This document shows, piece by piece, positions 62,517 to 64,000 of a stretch of DNA of 64,000 nucleotides. The number at the start of each line of letters is the position of its first letter. Within the stretch, counting starts at the first letter, position 1. The stretch lies in the NCBI GenBank assembly GCA_964603985.1, contig CAZRXG010000015.1, positions 11,957-75,956 of the forward strand, written 5' to 3'. Source of the stretch: an uncultured Anaerolineae bacterium. GTDB lineage: Bacteria > Chloroflexota > Anaerolineae > Aggregatilineales > UBA3940. A program made the translations under genes and the position numbers. The notes under the pieces were generated by a model. That model ran no database searches and was not told the DNA's origin. It worked only from the letters and a program-made list of their open reading frames with translations.

Positions 62517-63380
62517 ATGGGAGGAAAAGCTGTGATTGAAGCGACGGGTAAGCGGGTAGCCTTTCAGGGAGAGCGGGGGGCGTACTCGGAGATGGCGGCG
62601 CTGGACGCCCTGGGCGAGGGGATCGTGCCGGTGCCGTGCCGCACCTTTGATGAGGTGTTCGACAGCGTAGAGGCGGGTGAGAACGATCTGGGGCTGGTGC
62701 CGATTGAGAACTCGCTGGCGGGCAGCATTCATCGCAATTACGATTTGCTGCTGCGTCACGGACTGCACATCGTGGGGGAGACGCAGTTACGCATCGAGCA
62801 CTGCCTGATCGCCAACCCCGGCGTGAAGCTGTCCGACGTGAAGGTGGTGCGGTCGCACCCGCAGGCGCTGGCGCAGTGCGAGCGTCACCTGGCCGAGATG
62901 GGCGTCGTGGCCGAGGCGGCTTACGACACGGCGGGCAGTGTGCGTGACCTGCGTGACGGTGGGGCGCGTGACGCGGGGGCGCTGGCGAGCCGCCTGGCAG
63001 CCGGGGTGTACGGCATGGCGATCCTGCGGGAGAGCATGGAGGACAACCAGCAGAATTACACCCGCTTCCTGGCGCTGGGGCGCGAGCCGGTTGATCCGCC
63101 GGGTGAGAGCAAGACCTCGATTGTGTTCGCGCTGAAAAACGAGCCGGGGGCGCTCTTCAGGGCGATGGCGTGCTTTGCGCTGCGTGACATTGACCTGACC
63201 AAGATCGAGTCGCGGCCCCGGCCAGGCTCGCCCTGGGAATACCACTTTTACCTGGATTACATCGGCCACAGAGATCGTGGGCCGGGACAGCGGGCGCTCG
63301 ACCATCTGGCCGAGGTGGCAACCGAGCTTCGGGTGCTGGGAACTTATCCGAGGGGGGTGTGGGTCCCGCAGGAGGAGTAG
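62517..63380 (+). CDS. pheA: prephenate dehydratase with ACT domain
   Basis: VAFQGERGAYSE..., VPIENSLAGSI, TRFL.LG, ESRP motif (TKIESRPRPGSPWEYHFYLD). The start may be the GTG at 62532. Confidence 0.85.
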   Translation: MGGKAVIEATGKRVAFQGERGAYSEMAALDALGEGIVPVPCRTFDEVFDSVEAGENDLGLVPIENSLAGSIHRNYDLLLRHGLHIVGETQLRIEHCLIANPGVKLSDVKVVRSHPQALAQCERHLAEMGVVAEAAYDTAGSVRDLRDGGARDAGALASRLAAGVYGMAILRESMEDNQQNYTRFLALGREPVDPPGESKTSIVFALKNEPGALFRAMACFALRDIDLTKIESRPRPGSPWEYHFYLDYIGHRDRGPGQRALDHLAEVATELRVLGTYPRGVWVPQEE

Positions 63381-63417
63381 TCGTTATCTTGTAAGCCGGT
63401 AAAGGAGCGAGATGGGA

Positions 63418-64000
63418 TGAAGCAACTCACACACGCACGGCTGGCCGTGCTGATTGCAGCCGGGTTGTTTATTGGGGGGTGCATTCTCACCGGGGTGGGG
63501 CCGTCGCAGCCGGAACCGACGGTGGTGACCGTCGAGGAGGTGATAGTTTCCCCTCTTGCCGAGGCCGTCGATACGCCCACGCCCTTCGTGCCGCCTGATA
63601 CCCCAACCTGGCCGCCCACGCCCACCGGTGTCCCTTCGCAGGAAACCGCACCTCCGGCGGGCGGCGATGTCCAGACGGACACGCCCACGGACACGCCCAC
63701 CCCTACCCCTACGCAGACCGCAACCGTAGCGCCCACCGACACGCTGCTCCCTGGCAGCGGGGTGGTGGCCGTCTACGCCAGCCAGGAGGGGGGGAACGTC
63801 GAGATCTTCGTGGAGTATGCGGATGGCACGGTGGTCAACGTGACCAATGACCCGGCCAATGATGGCTATCCCGACCTTTCGCCGGATGGGACGCGGATCG
63901 TGTTTTCGTCGAACCGGACGGGGTGGGCGGAGATCTACGTCATGAACGTGGATGGCTCCGGGGTGACGCGGTTGACCGACCGGCAGAGCGAGGATACCGA
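63418..64000 (+). CDS. TolB-like beta-propeller lipoprotein, 5' part (runs off the window)
   Basis: Not in the ORF track because it has no stop in the window. AAAGGAG SD. MKQLTHARLAVLIAAGLFIGGC lipobox. ...YPDLSPDGTRIVFSSNRTGWAEIYVMNVDGSGVTRLTD. Confidence 0.7.

Noticed and set aside
1-64000. tRNA, rRNA, tmRNA, transposase, integrase.
   Set aside because: I scanned by eye for T-loop-like GGTTCGAATCC/GGTTCAAATCC strings, rRNA-like conserved blocks, and DDE/tyrosine-recombinase-like ORFs, and found none. An eye scan is not exhaustive, so tRNAscan-SE/Infernal should confirm.

Overview
High-GC bacterial chromosomal window. Most coding lines I hand-counted are at least 65% GC. The style of the GC-rich palindromic repeats and the many TolB-like lipoproteins suggest Chloroflexota, but this is a weak inference. 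I support about 60 protein-coding genes. I saw no rRNA, tRNA, CRISPR array, transposase or integrase. From 0 to 49 kb the content is mostly housekeeping and envelope genes: M42, M1 and M50 peptidases, recF, an ABC-2 exporter, a CaCA antiporter, a DRG-like GTPase, SulP, a GT1 glycosyltransferase, an L,D-transpeptidase, chrA, a PLP decarboxylase and an ECF sigma/anti-sigma pair. Accessory pieces are interspersed among them. From 49.5 to 61.6 kb lies an accessory, conflict-type island holding three tandem arrestin-like genes, an ExeA-like ATPase with a 40-residue helical-repeat protein, a Phd-Doc-type cassette bracketed by perfect 46-bp repeats, an orphan terminase large subunit, a TIGR04255-like/unknown/HEPN three-gene cassette, and a 520-aa protein with two C-terminal TM helices. 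Main hunt results: (1) an Rdx/SelW-like selenoprotein with an in-frame TGA (CxxU) that the ORF track truncates; (2) a MITE/REP-like intergenic repeat family with at least 7 copies, showing modular structure, an 8-bp VNTR and one copy with C13/C13/G15 homopolymers; (3) a roughly 1.8 kb low-GC island encoding a 563-aa orphan protein with an RNxxxH (HEPN-like) motif next to a DUF433 gene; (4) two caspase-like (C14) HEAT/TM proteins, one followed by a divergent patatin-like gene; (5) a self-contained promoter + SD + 30-codon ORF + terminator unit upstream of the ABC-2 exporter; (6) a consensus promoter plus terminator/antiterminator leader in front of an unknown 465-aa gene. All family calls come from motif recognition by eye. 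No searches were run.
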